Positions 15,708 through 25,283 are shown, counted from the first letter of the stretch. The stretch: 32,000 nucleotides of DNA from an uncultured delta proteobacterium (GCA_963716825.1 CAVQUU010000029.1:56767-88766), one strand, 5' to 3'. The notes: generated by a model from the sequence alone, not told the origin. Made by a program: numbers and translations.

Positions 15708-16862
15708 TCAAGGACCGCGTTTGTCTTTCAATATATTGTTGGAGATCACCACCCGCTGAATTTCCGAGGTGCCTTCGTAGATGGTGAACACGCGGGCGTC
15801 CCGGTAGAATCGCTCCACCGGATAGTCGGTGGTAAAACCATATCCGCCGTGCATCTGCAGGGCTCTGGCCGTAACCCGGTTGACCATTTCGGACGCGTAC
15901 AGCTTGGCCATGGAAGCCTGGATGGTGAAACGTTCCTTGCGGTCCTTCATGGCGGCGGCACTCAGGGTGAGTTGCCGGGCCGCCTCGATCTCGGTGGCCA
16001 TGTCGGCGATGATCCAGCGCAGTCCCTGGAATTTGGAGATCTTCTGACCGAACTGGTCCCGCTGCTTGGCGTATTTCACGGCCGCATCGAAGGCCGCCTG
16101 GGCCACCCCGAGGCTCTGGGCGGCAATGCCGATGCGCCCGCCGTCCAGCCCCTTCATGACGATCTTGAACCCTTCACCCGCTTTTCCCAGCATATCCGAT
16201 GCCGGCACCCGGCACTCTTCGAAATGCAGGTCCGTGGTGTCCGAGGCGCGCAGCCCCATCTTGTCTTCCATGTTGCCAACGACGAGTCCGGGGTTGTCCT
16301 TGGTGACGATGAAGGTGCTGATTCCCTTGTGGCGGGCGTCCGGATCGGTCTTGGCGGTGACGATGACCAGACCGCAGTTTTGGCCGGTGGTGATAAAGCG
16401 TTTGGTGCCGTTGATGATGTAGTGGTCCCCGTCTTTCACCGCCGTGGTCTGCTGGCTTACGGGGTCGGAACCGGCCTCGGGCTCGGTCAGGGCAAAGGCG
16501 CCGATATATTTGCCCATGGCCAGATCCTTGAGATAATGCTGCTTTTGGTCTTCGCTGCCGAAATTCAGGATGCTTTCGCAGACGATGGAATTGTGCACCG
16601 ACATGACCACCGCCGTCGAGGCGCAGGAATAGGCGATTTCGGAAAGGGCCAGGACGTAGCCAATCGTGTCCGAATCCGATCCTTCGTAATCGAAGGGGAC
16701 CATCATTCCCAGGAGACCCAACTCGGCCATCTGTTTGAGGTTTTTGGCGGGAAATTCCTTGGTCTTGTCGCGCTCCGCTGCAGTTTCAGCAACCACCTTG
16801 CGGGAGAACTCGCGAACCATGGACTGAATCATCAGTTGTTCATCGGTCAGCTTGAATGACAT
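15708..16862 (-). CDS. Acyl-CoA dehydrogenase (short/branched-chain, butyryl-CoA dehydrogenase-like)
   Basis: 384 aa with full-length ACAD pattern: GAFALTEPEAGSD, ITNG-type (FITTGQ), QMHGGYGFTTDYPVERFYRDARVFTIYEGTSEIQ. Confidence 0.93.
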   Translation of the reverse strand: MSFKLTDEQLMIQSMVREFSRKVVAETAAERDKTKEFPAKNLKQMAELGLLGMMVPFDYEGSDSDTIGYVLALSEIAYSCASTAVVMSVHNSIVCESILNFGSEDQKQHYLKDLAMGKYIGAFALTEPEAGSDPVSQQTTAVKDGDHYIINGTKRFITTGQNCGLVIVTAKTDPDARHKGISTFIVTKDNPGLVVGNMEDKMGLRASDTTDLHFEECRVPASDMLGKAGEGFKIVMKGLDGGRIGIAAQSLGVAQAAFDAAVKYAKQRDQFGQKISKFQGLRWIIADMATEIEAARQLTLSAAAMKDRKERFTIQASMAKLYASEMVNRVTARALQMHGGYGFTTDYPVERFYRDARVFTIYEGTSEIQRVVISNNILKDKRGP

Positions 16863-16873
16863 GGTGTGGTCCT

Positions 16874-17425
16874 CTACGGGTTGTAAATCACGACAATCAG
16901 TTCGGCATCTGTTTCTCCAGTGTTTTTCAAACGGTGCTGAATACCGGAATTGAAATGGAGGGAGTCGCCGGCGCCAAGGGCGTTTACGTGTTCTCCGACC
17001 ACCACCTCGATGGTGCCGTCGAGCACGTACACGAACTCTTCCCCTTCGTGATTGTAACTGACGCCTTCATGGGTTTTCATGGCATCGATCTTCACCCGGA
17101 ACGCCTTGAGGTGTTTGTTCTCGGCCCCCGGCGTGAGGGTGGTGTAGGCATAGCTCGACGTGCGTTTGGTGTATGCCTTGATGCGGTCCTGCATGCGGCC
17201 ATCGTCTTCCTTGAGCAGATCCCCGGAGTCGATCTCAAGGGCCCGGGAAATCTGAAGCAGGGAACCCACCGGCGGCGTGACTTTACCGGTTTCGACTTTC
17301 TTCAGGAAATCGATCGAAAACCCGGTGTCGTTGGCCAGGGTCTCGTAGGACATCTTTTTGTCGGTCCGCGCCTTTTTGATCTTCTTGCCCACAGGGGTGA
17401 GACGGGCGTTTTTTCTGGGGGGCAT
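16874..17425 (-). CDS. XRE-family HTH + cupin domain transcriptional regulator
   Basis: HTH: MSYETLANDTGFSIDFLKKVETGKVTPPVGSLLQISRAL. C-terminal cupin: GEEFVYVLDGTIEVVVGEHVNALGAGDSLHFNSGIQHRLKN. SD AAGGAGG. Confidence 0.85.
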   Translation of the reverse strand: MPPRKNARLTPVGKKIKKARTDKKMSYETLANDTGFSIDFLKKVETGKVTPPVGSLLQISRALEIDSGDLLKEDDGRMQDRIKAYTKRTSSYAYTTLTPGAENKHLKAFRVKIDAMKTHEGVSYNHEGEEFVYVLDGTIEVVVGEHVNALGAGDSLHFNSGIQHRLKNTGETDAELIVVIYNP

Positions 17426-17437
17426 GGTACCTCCTTG

Positions 17438-18286
17438 TTAGTATTCGTAAAACCCTCTGCCGGTTTTCCGGCCCAGCCAGCCGGTTTCGACATACTTTCT
17501 CAGCAACGGGCAGGGCCGGTACTTGGAATCCTTGAATCCGTTGCACAGGGTCTCCATGATGGCCAGGCAGGTGTCCAGGCCGATCAGATCCGCCAGGGCC
17601 AGTGGCCCCATGGGATGGTTCATGCCCAGTCGCATGACCGTATCGATGTCTTCGCGGGTGCCCACGCCATGGTACAGGGCAAACACCGCCTCATTGATCA
17701 TGGGCAATAGGATGCGGTTGGCGATAAAGCCGGGAAAGTCGTTGGCCAAGGCCGGCGTCTTGCCGAATTTCACCGACAGGTCCCAGGTGGTCTGGAAAGT
17801 CTCATCGGAGGTGGCCAGGCCGCGGATGACCTCCACGAGCTTCATCACCGGCACCGGGTTCATGAAGTGCATGCCGATGACCTTGTCCGGACGTCCGGTC
17901 TGGGCGGCGATCCGGCCGATGGGAATGGAGGAGGTGTTGGTGGACAGGATCACACCGGGCCTGCAGATCTCGTCCAGATCCTTGAAAATCTTGAACTTGA
18001 GGGTCTCGTTTTCAGTGGCCGCCTCCACCACGAAATCCGCTTCAGCCATGTCCTTGAGATCGGCGGTGATCTTGATGCGGCCCATGATCGCATCTTTGTC
18101 TTCAGCCGAAAGTCTGCCCTTATCCACGTTTTTACCAAGGATCTTGGTAATATTGGCCAGCCCCTTTTCCGCAAATTCGATCTTGATGTCGCTCATGATG
18201 ACATTCAAGCCAGCGGTCGCCGCCACCTGTGCAATGCCGTTGCCCATCTGACCGGCGCCGATGACGCCGAAGGTGTTGATGTCCAT
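17438..18286 (-). CDS. hbd: 3-hydroxybutyryl-CoA (3-hydroxyacyl-CoA) dehydrogenase
   Basis: Rossmann motif GVIGAGQMGNGIAQV, plus STNTSSIPI, GMHFMNPVPVMKLVE and PGFIANRILLPMINEA. Confidence 0.93.
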   Translation of the reverse strand: MDINTFGVIGAGQMGNGIAQVAATAGLNVIMSDIKIEFAEKGLANITKILGKNVDKGRLSAEDKDAIMGRIKITADLKDMAEADFVVEAATENETLKFKIFKDLDEICRPGVILSTNTSSIPIGRIAAQTGRPDKVIGMHFMNPVPVMKLVEVIRGLATSDETFQTTWDLSVKFGKTPALANDFPGFIANRILLPMINEAVFALYHGVGTREDIDTVMRLGMNHPMGPLALADLIGLDTCLAIMETLCNGFKDSKYRPCPLLRKYVETGWLGRKTGRGFYEY

Positions 18287-18436
18287 TGTTTATCTCCCTC
18301 TATTAGGTGTTTAGCCGTTTAGACTGAAGGCTATTAGCCTTGAAATGAATACCATTGCTTTACTTCAAAAGGCTGAGCCAAAGGCGAATCCATCTTGCTA
18401 TCAGCTATCAGCCACGAGCTATCAGCGATGATCGCC

Positions 18437-18583
18437 GTGTCCGTTGAGAGATGGTAGCTTGCGGTTCAGATCAAGGCCGCAGGGTTTTGGAAACCGCAGG
18501 CGTAGCAGTGTGCTACGTCGAGGATTTCCAAAACGGCGAGAACGCCGAGCTGGGCCGCAAGATGCCATCTTATGGGCGGACAC
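18437..18583 (-). repeat. Copy B of the ~145-nt nested-palindrome intergenic element
   Basis: - Arms: GTGTCCG...AGATGG (18437..18454) / CCATCT...CGGACAC (18565..18583).
- Stem 2: CTTGCGGTTCAGATC (18458..18472) / GAGCTGGGCCGCAAG (18547..18561).
- Stem 3: GTTTTGGAAA (18484..18493) / TTTCCAAAAC (18525..18534).
- Inner hairpin: CGTAGCA-GTG-TGCTACG (18501..18517).
- Small hairpin: CGGCG-AGAA-CGCCG (18534..18547). Confidence 0.8.
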
Positions 18584-19758
18584 TATCGTTTGACTACCAT
18601 CGCCACCGCCTCCCCCCCCCCCAGGCAAAGCGAAACCAGTCCGGTTTTTTTGTCCCGGCGGATCATCTCGTGGAGCAGGGTCACGAGTACCCGGCAGCCA
18701 CTGGCGCCGATGGGGTGTCCCAAGGCCACACTGCCGCCGTTGACGTTGGTTTTTTCGGCGAGAAGCCCCAGCTCATTCATCGCGGAGACGGTGGATCCGG
18801 AAAAGGCTTCGTTGACCTCGAACAGGTCCACGTCATCGATGCCGATACCTTCCTTCTTCAGGCATTTGGGAATGGCCCAGATGGGCGCCACCAGCACGTA
18901 TTTCATGTCAATGCCGAAGGAGGCCTGGGCGCCGATGCTGGCCATGATCGTGCATCCCAATGCCTCGGCCTTTTCCCGGGACATGACCACCACGGCGGCC
19001 GCGCCGTCGCTGATGATGGAGGCATTGCCGGCAGTGCCGACCCCGTCTTTTTTAAAGGCCGGCTTCATCATAGCCAGGTCTTCATAGGAGGTTTCACGGG
19101 CGCATTCATCCTTGGCGAAGCGGGTGGGTTCGCCTTTGCGCCGGGGAATGGAGACGGGCACGATTTCGGCGTCGAAACGACCGCTGTTGATTGAATCGAG
19201 TGCCCGGCGATAGGATTCGGCGGCATAGCGGTCCTGATCTTCCCGGCTGACGTGGTAGCGCTCGGAACACAGTTCGTTGGACATGCCCATGTGAAAATCG
19301 TTGACGATGTCCCACAGGCCGTCGTGAATCATTGAATCCTGGAGCTGGCCCGGTCCCATGCGGTAACCGAAGCGTGCCTTTTCCAGGTAGTAGGGTGCCA
19401 TGCTCATGTTCTCCATGCCGCCGGCGACCACCACCTCGGCATCGCCCAGTTGGATGGCCTGGGCGGCCAGCATGACGGTTTTCAGGGCGGAACCGCAGAC
19501 CTTGTTGACGGTTATCGCCTCGGCCTCCCAGGGCAGACCGGCCTTGACCGCTACTTGCTTGGCCGGGTTCTGGCCGTAACCGCAGGGCAGCACCTGGCCC
19601 ATGAGAACCTCGTTTACCTCGGTTTTCTCGATGCCGGCGCGCCGGATGGCTTCTGCAACAACGATGGCCCCCAGGTCCGTGGCGCCGATGCCGGCCAGCG
19701 ATCCGTTGAAACTGCCCAGCGGTGTTCTCACCGCGCTGACAATGACTGCTTCGTTCAT
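18583..19758 (-). CDS. Acetyl-CoA C-acetyltransferase (thiolase II)
   Basis: Start at ATG 19756..19758 (MNEAVIVSAVRTPLGSF), preceded by AGGAG. Active-site NKVCGSALK, GHPIGASGCR and CLGGGEA motifs. The track ORF start at 19818 adds 20 non-homologous residues. Confidence 0.93.
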   Translation of the reverse strand: MNEAVIVSAVRTPLGSFNGSLAGIGATDLGAIVVAEAIRRAGIEKTEVNEVLMGQVLPCGYGQNPAKQVAVKAGLPWEAEAITVNKVCGSALKTVMLAAQAIQLGDAEVVVAGGMENMSMAPYYLEKARFGYRMGPGQLQDSMIHDGLWDIVNDFHMGMSNELCSERYHVSREDQDRYAAESYRRALDSINSGRFDAEIVPVSIPRRKGEPTRFAKDECARETSYEDLAMMKPAFKKDGVGTAGNASIISDGAAAVVVMSREKAEALGCTIMASIGAQASFGIDMKYVLVAPIWAIPKCLKKEGIGIDDVDLFEVNEAFSGSTVSAMNELGLLAEKTNVNGGSVALGHPIGASGCRVLVTLLHEMIRRDKKTGLVSLCLGGGEAVAMVVKR

Positions 19759-19833
19759 GGAATATCTCCTGTCGTTGAATCTATACCAGACCAATGAACG
19801 TACCTGGGCCTGATGCATTATAGTTGATGCGAG

Positions 19834-19926
19834 TTTTAAGTGTTCAAGTGGTTAAGTTTTAAGCAACGGATCAGGAGCCGATTGTAGGTTACAAATCGAC
19901 AGCATACCTTCGCTTAACACTTAAAA
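19834..19926. repeat. 11-bp perfect inverted repeat (TTTTAAGTGTT / AACACTTAAAA) with reiterated AAGTGTT-type half sites, in the icmF-thiolase spacer
   Basis: Arms at 19834..19844 and 19916..19926. AGTTTTAAG is repeated at 19832..19840 and 19855..19863. A further AACACT lies at about 19936..19941. Confidence 0.5.
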
Positions 19927-19948
19927 TTTTATACCTAACACTTTTTTA

Positions 19949-22900
19949 TCACATATTGCGCCGATACTGCCCCCCCACGTCATACAGCGCGCCGGTGATC
20001 TGCCCCAGGCTGCAGCATTTCACCGTTTCCATCAGCTCGGCAAAGATGTTCTCGCCGGAAAGGGCCACCTTCTGGAGCCGTGCCAGGGCCTCGGCGGCCT
20101 GGTCGGCGTTGCGGGTCTGAAAATCTTTCAGTCGGTTGAGCTGGGATTCCTTCTCCTCGGTGGTGGCCCGGGCCAGATCGATGCAGGAGGCCCCTTCCAG
20201 CAGATCGGCACCGTCGGCGTGGGGATCCCTGAAGGTGTTGACGCCCACGATGGGGTATTCACCCGTGTGTTTGAGCATCTCGTAGTACATGGACTCATCC
20301 TGGATCTTGCTTCGCTGGTAGCCGGTTTCCATGGCCCCCAGCACACCGCCGCGGGCGGTGATCTTGTCGTACTCCATGAGCACGGCTTCTTCCACCAGGT
20401 CGGTGAGATCGTCGACGACGAAGCTGCCCTGGTAGGGGTTCTCGTTTTTGGCCAGCCCCCACTCCCGGTTGATGATCAGCTGAATGGCCAGGGCGCGGCG
20501 CACCGACTCTTCCGTGGGCGTGGTAATGGCCTCGTCGAAGGCGTTGGTGTGCAGGCTCTGGCAGTTGTCGTAAATGGCGCACAGGGCCTGCAGGGTGGTC
20601 CGGATATCATTGAGCTGAATATCCTGGCTGTGCAGGCTGCGTCCGGATGTCTGGATGTGATATTTCAGCATCTGGCTGCGCACCGATGCCCCGTACTTCT
20701 CCCGCAGGGCCACGGCCCAGATGCGGCGGGCCACCCGGCCGATGACCGTGTACTCGGGGTCCATGCCGTTGGAGAAGAAGAAAGAGAGGTTGGGCGCGAA
20801 GTTGTCCAGGGGCATGCCGCGGGACAGGTAGTACTCCAGGTAGGTGAAGCCGTTGGCCAGGGTGAAAGCCAACTGGGAAATCGGGTTGGCCCCGGCCTCG
20901 GCGATGTGGTAGCCGGAGATGGAGACCGAGTAGAAGTTGCGCACGTTGTTGTCGATAAAATACTGCTGGATATCCCCCATCATCTTCAGGGCGAAATCGA
21001 TGGAGAAGATGCAGGTGTTCTGGCCCTGGTCCTCCTTGAGGATGTCCGCCTGCACGGTGCCGCGCACATTCTCCAGCACCATGGCCTTGATCCGCTGGTG
21101 TGCTTCGGCGGACGGCTGCCGACCGTTTTCCGCGGCATATTTGTCCACCTGCTGGTCGATGGCCGTGTTGAGGAACATGGCCAGCATGATCGGCGCCGGC
21201 CCGTTGATGGTCATGGAGACCGAGGTGCTGGGGGCGCACAGCTCGAACCCGCCGTAGAGCACCTTCACGTCATCCAGGGTGCAGACACTCACCCCGGAGT
21301 TGCCCACCTTGCCGTAGATGTCCGGGCGGCGGTCCGGATCGTAGCCATACAGGGTCACCGAGTCGAAGGCGGTGGAGAGGCGTTTGGCCTCGCTGTTGGA
21401 CGACAGCAGCTTGAATCGCCGGTTGGTGCGCGCCGGGTCGCCTTCACCGGCGAACATGCGCGTGGGATCTTCACCCATGCGCTTCATGGGAAACACCCCG
21501 GCGGTGAAGGGAAAGTAGCCGGGCAGGTTTTCGCGCCGCAGCCAGCTGTAGATTTCACCGGGATCCGTAAAGCGCGGCAGGGAGATCTTGGGGATCTTCT
21601 GGTGGGAGAGCGATTCGCTGTACAAGGGGCGCACGGATCTCCCGGCCGCGGACCGTGTAGACCAGTTCATCGCCGGAATAGGCCGCCTGGGTTGCCTCCC
21701 ATCCCTCGACCAGTTTTTCCGTCTCGTCATTCAGGGCCTCGCGGGCCTTGTCGATTTCCCCCTTGAGCCGCTCAACCAGAACGGTGGTGTCGCCATCGAG
21801 GCCGTCATCGGCCAAGGCCGCCGCCGTCTCCTCCAGGTGCCACACCCGCCGCATGGCGTCGGCCTGGCTTTGGGTTTCGCGATGGTAGGTTCTGACCGTT
21901 TCGGCAATTTCCGCCAGGTAGCGGGTGCGCTCCGGCGGGATGATGATGGTCTTGGAGGTGGATTGCTTGGTGTCGGGCCGCGGCAGGCTGGATTCGAAGA
22001 CCACGCCGGTCTTCTCCCGGATGCCGTCCAGCAGGGCGTGGTACAGGGCGGTGACGCCGTCGTCATTGAATTTGGAGGCAATGGTGCCGAACACCGGCAT
22101 GTCGTCGGGCAACCGGTCGAAGACATTGCGGTTGCGCTGCACCTGCTTGCGCACGTCGCGCACCGCGTCCTCACCCCCGCGCTTTTCGAACTTGTTGACC
22201 ACGACGATGTCGGCAAAGTCCAGCATGTCGATCTTCTCCAGCTGGGAGGCGGCGCCGAAATCGCTGGTCATGACGTACATGGACAGGTCCACCAGGTCGA
22301 TGATGTGGGAATCCCCCTGGCCGATGCCGGCGGTTTCGGCGATGACCAGGTCGTATCCGGCCGCCTTGACCACATCCAGCACCTCTTCCAGGGCATCGGG
22401 AATCTCCGTATGGGAACGCCGTGTGGCGATGGAGCGCATGTAGATCCGGGGGCTGTTGATGGCATTCATGCGGATGCGGTCGCCCAGCAGGGCGCCGCCG
22501 GTCTTTCTGCGGGACGGGTCGGCACTGATGATGGCGATGCGGATCTCTTTCAGGTCATGAAGCATGCGCAGGATCAGCTCGTCGGTGAGGGAGGACTTGC
22601 CTGCGCCGCCGGTGCCGGTGATGCCGATCACCGGCACTTTACGGTCGCCGATCCTGGCTTTGAGCTCCTGCCGGAACTTGGCCAGGTGGCCGTTTTCCTT
22701 GGCTTTGGCCTGCTCCAGGGCCGTGATCAGGTTGGCCGTGAGCAGCTTGTTGTCCGCGTCCAAACCGGACAGATCCAGGTTGGCACCATCGGCACGGGAG
22801 TAGTCCATGAGCTGGACCATGTGGTTGATGATCCCCTGAAGTCCCATGCGGGTGCCGTCTTCCGGCGTGTAGATTTTGGTCACCCCGTAGGCTTCCAGTT

Positions 22901-23237
22901 CCTTGATCTCTTCGGGAACGATGACGCCGCCGCCGCCGCCGAACACCTTGATGTGTCCGGCACCACCGTCTTTGAGCAGATCCACCATGTATTTAAAAAA
23001 CTCCAGGTGGCCGCCCTGGTAGCTTGAAATGGCGATGCCCTGGGCGTCCTCTTCGATGGCGGCGTCGACGATTTCCTTCACCGATCGGTTGTGGCCCAGA
23101 TGGATCACCTCGACGCCGGTGCTCTGCAGAATGCGTCTGAAGATATTGATGGAGGCATCGTGGCCGTCGAAAAGGGATGTCGCCGTGACGACCCGGACGT
23201 TGTTCCTGGGCCGGTATACCTGGATGTCATCGTTCAT
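19949..23237 (-). pseudogene. icmF: IcmF-type fused isobutyryl-CoA mutase (B12-binding domain + MeaB-like G-protein + mutase barrel) with one frameshift
   Basis: - ORF 21555..23237 carries the B12-binding domain (SLFDGHDASINIF, GIAISSYQGGH) and the P-loop GTPase (GITGTGGAGKSSL).
- ORF 19949..21730 carries the mutase barrel ([31 protein letters not shown]).
- The frames overlap by 176 nt.
- Sensible sequence switches at REIRAPL / [13 protein letters not shown], i.e. at the GGGG run 21626..21629 (CCCC on the coding strand).
- The combined length of about 1095 aa fits IcmF. Confidence 0.85.
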
Positions 23238-23258
23238 GCGTCCTCCTGTGGTATGAAG

Positions 23259-24413
23259 CTATTTCAGCTTGCCGATCAATGCACTGGCGATGGTGTTCTT
23301 CTGGATCTCCTTGGTGCCCTCGTAGATTTCGGTGATCTTGGCATCGCGATAGAAGCGCTCCACCTCGTACTCGGTCATGTAGCCGTATCCGCCAAGCAGT
23401 TGGATGGCCTCGTCGGCCACTTCCACGGCGGTGCGGGCGGCATACATCTTGGCCATGGAGGTGAGCTTGGGATCGATTCGGCCCTGGTCGAAGTTCCAGG
23501 CGGCCTTGTAGGTGATCAGGCGGGCCAGCTCGATCTTGGTGGCCATGTCGGCCAGTTTGTGCTGGGTGACCTGGAACTGGGCGATTTTCTTACCGAACTG
23601 CTCACGCTGCTTGACGTAGGCCAGGGCCCGGTCAAAGGCGCCCTGGGCGGTGCCCAGCGCCTGGGCGGCAATCTGGATGCGGCTCTCGTCGAAAAAGTGC
23701 AGCACGTGGTAAAAGCCCTTGTTCTCCTCACCGATGAGGTTGGTCAGGGGCACGCGTACGTCCTTTAATATCACTTCGGCGGTGGCCATCATGCGGATGC
23801 CCATCTTTTCACCCACATCGGCGGTGGAGAGACCGGGCCGATCCGCTTCCACCAGGATCAGGCTCTGACCGCGGTAGCCGGGTTTGGCGTCGAGGTCGGT
23901 CTGGCACAGTACGCTGTAGAAGCCGGCCAGCCCGCCATTGGTGATGAAGGTCTTGCCGCCGTTGACCACCCATTCGTCGCCGTCTTTGACAGCGGTCGTA
24001 TTCATGAAGGTGATGTCCGAACCGTGGTCCGGTTCGGTGAAGGCACCGGCGGAGAGCATTTCACCCTCGGCCACGGCGGGCAGGTACTTTTCCTTCTGTT
24101 CATCGGAGCCGTAGTGCATGATCAGTTCCGAGGCGAACGGCGCCAGGGCGATGGCGCTGCCGATGGTGGAGTCGCCGCGGCACAGTTCTTCGATGACCAG
24201 GATGTCCTCCAACGAACCGAGTCCCTGGCCTGAATATTTTTCCGGAAAATGAACCCCGAGCAGCCCCAGGTCGCAGGCTTTTTTCCAGATTTTGCGGGGA
24301 AATTCATGCTTTTTTTCCAGCTCGAAGGCCAACTCCTTGTCAAACTCGCCCTTGACGAAATCCCTGACCGCCTTTTGAATGTCCTTCTGGGTTTTGTTGA
24401 GCTCAAATTCCAT
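23259..24413 (-). CDS. Acyl-CoA dehydrogenase
   Basis: 384 aa: GAFTEPDHGSD, FITNGG, QLLGGYGYMTEYEVERFYRDAKITEIYEGTKEIQ. SD AGGAGGG. Confidence 0.93.
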   Translation of the reverse strand: MEFELNKTQKDIQKAVRDFVKGEFDKELAFELEKKHEFPRKIWKKACDLGLLGVHFPEKYSGQGLGSLEDILVIEELCRGDSTIGSAIALAPFASELIMHYGSDEQKEKYLPAVAEGEMLSAGAFTEPDHGSDITFMNTTAVKDGDEWVVNGGKTFITNGGLAGFYSVLCQTDLDAKPGYRGQSLILVEADRPGLSTADVGEKMGIRMMATAEVILKDVRVPLTNLIGEENKGFYHVLHFFDESRIQIAAQALGTAQGAFDRALAYVKQREQFGKKIAQFQVTQHKLADMATKIELARLITYKAAWNFDQGRIDPKLTSMAKMYAARTAVEVADEAIQLLGGYGYMTEYEVERFYRDAKITEIYEGTKEIQKNTIASALIGKLK

Positions 24414-25215
24414 TCCATCCCTCCTGCGTTAATAAGTAATGGTCATCATGTCCATAATGTAGTTCAGGATCCAGGTCAAGTGATTCGAACTCACCCTTCA
24501 AAATAAGACCCGATGTCACCCGAGCCCTTTTTCTTTCCCTTGATCCTTGAACCCTGTTTTCAAGCGCATTCTCACGACACATGCCCATGATGCTGCGGGT
24601 CTGAAAATCGATATACTCGTCGATGCCGTAATGGTTGGCCAGAAACCAGCGACGGAACGTCCACATGTGTCCCAGCACCGAGATATTATGGGCCACCAGG
24701 TCCAGCCGTCGCGAGGAGATGCGGGGAAGATCCCCCGACGCCATCAGCCGGGCCAGCACCCCGGTGAAGATACCGGTGATGCGGATTTCATTTTCCAGCA
24801 CCACCCGCTGCCACTTGCCTGGCAGCGATTGCGTTTCCTGATAGATCAGCAAAATGTGATCGTTCATGCGATGGCAGACCATGAAGTATTCGCGGATCAC
24901 CTCGGCCAGGGGATTCTTGCCCTTCTTGGCCCGGTTCAGCGCTTCGGCCACCCCTTGCTCGATCTCCGCATGGATCGCATCGCAGACCAGGTAGAGGACA
25001 TCCTCCTTGGTGGCGATGTATTCGTAGAGAGAACCGATGGAGATGCCCGCCGCCTGGGCGATCTGGCGGGTGGTGGTCTTGTGGAATCCGTTTTCGATAA
25101 ACAGGTTCACCGCCGCATCCACGATCTGCCGCCGGCGCTGTGTCACCAATGCCTGGTTTTTGACCTGGGTCGGGATTCCGTTATTATCGTGTTTTTTCTG
25201 ATTCTTGTTCAACAT
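24403..25215 (-). CDS. TetR/AcrR family transcriptional regulator (long, 270 aa)
   Basis: HTH: RQIVDAAVNLFIENGFHKTTTRQIAQAAGISIGSLYEYIATKEDV. The 3' end overlaps the ACAD start by 11 nt. No clear SD at the ATG. Confidence 0.85.
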   Translation of the reverse strand: MLNKNQKKHDNNGIPTQVKNQALVTQRRRQIVDAAVNLFIENGFHKTTTRQIAQAAGISIGSLYEYIATKEDVLYLVCDAIHAEIEQGVAEALNRAKKGKNPLAEVIREYFMVCHRMNDHILLIYQETQSLPGKWQRVVLENEIRITGIFTGVLARLMASGDLPRISSRRLDLVAHNISVLGHMWTFRRWFLANHYGIDEYIDFQTRSIMGMCRENALENRVQGSRERKRARVTSGLILKGEFESLDLDPELHYGHDDHYLLTQEGWNGI

Positions 25216-25283
25216 TTTGAAAAAACAACTTAATTTGTGTCTGCAATCAAAAATCCGAGCGAACGCTCAGTCATATTTTTTTG

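Noticed and set aside
15660-16859. 399-aa plus-strand ORF. Similar long antisense ORFs lie at 16856..17710, 17523..18251, 18451..19194, 20219..21766, 21588..23027, 23091..23768, 24547..25233, 28949..29941 and 13219..13779.
   Set aside because: All are mirror-strand ORFs of strongly supported genes (ACADs, Hbd, thiolase, IcmF, TetR, the flavoenzyme, hgcA). They have low-complexity G/R/H/D/V-rich translations and lack start contexts.
21555-21730. Programmed ribosomal frameshift in icmF
   Set aside because: No slippery heptamer (X XXY YYZ) or downstream pseudoknot was seen at the junction. The break is at a plain C4/G4 run and a second gene shows the same kind of break, so an indel (real or technical) is more likely.
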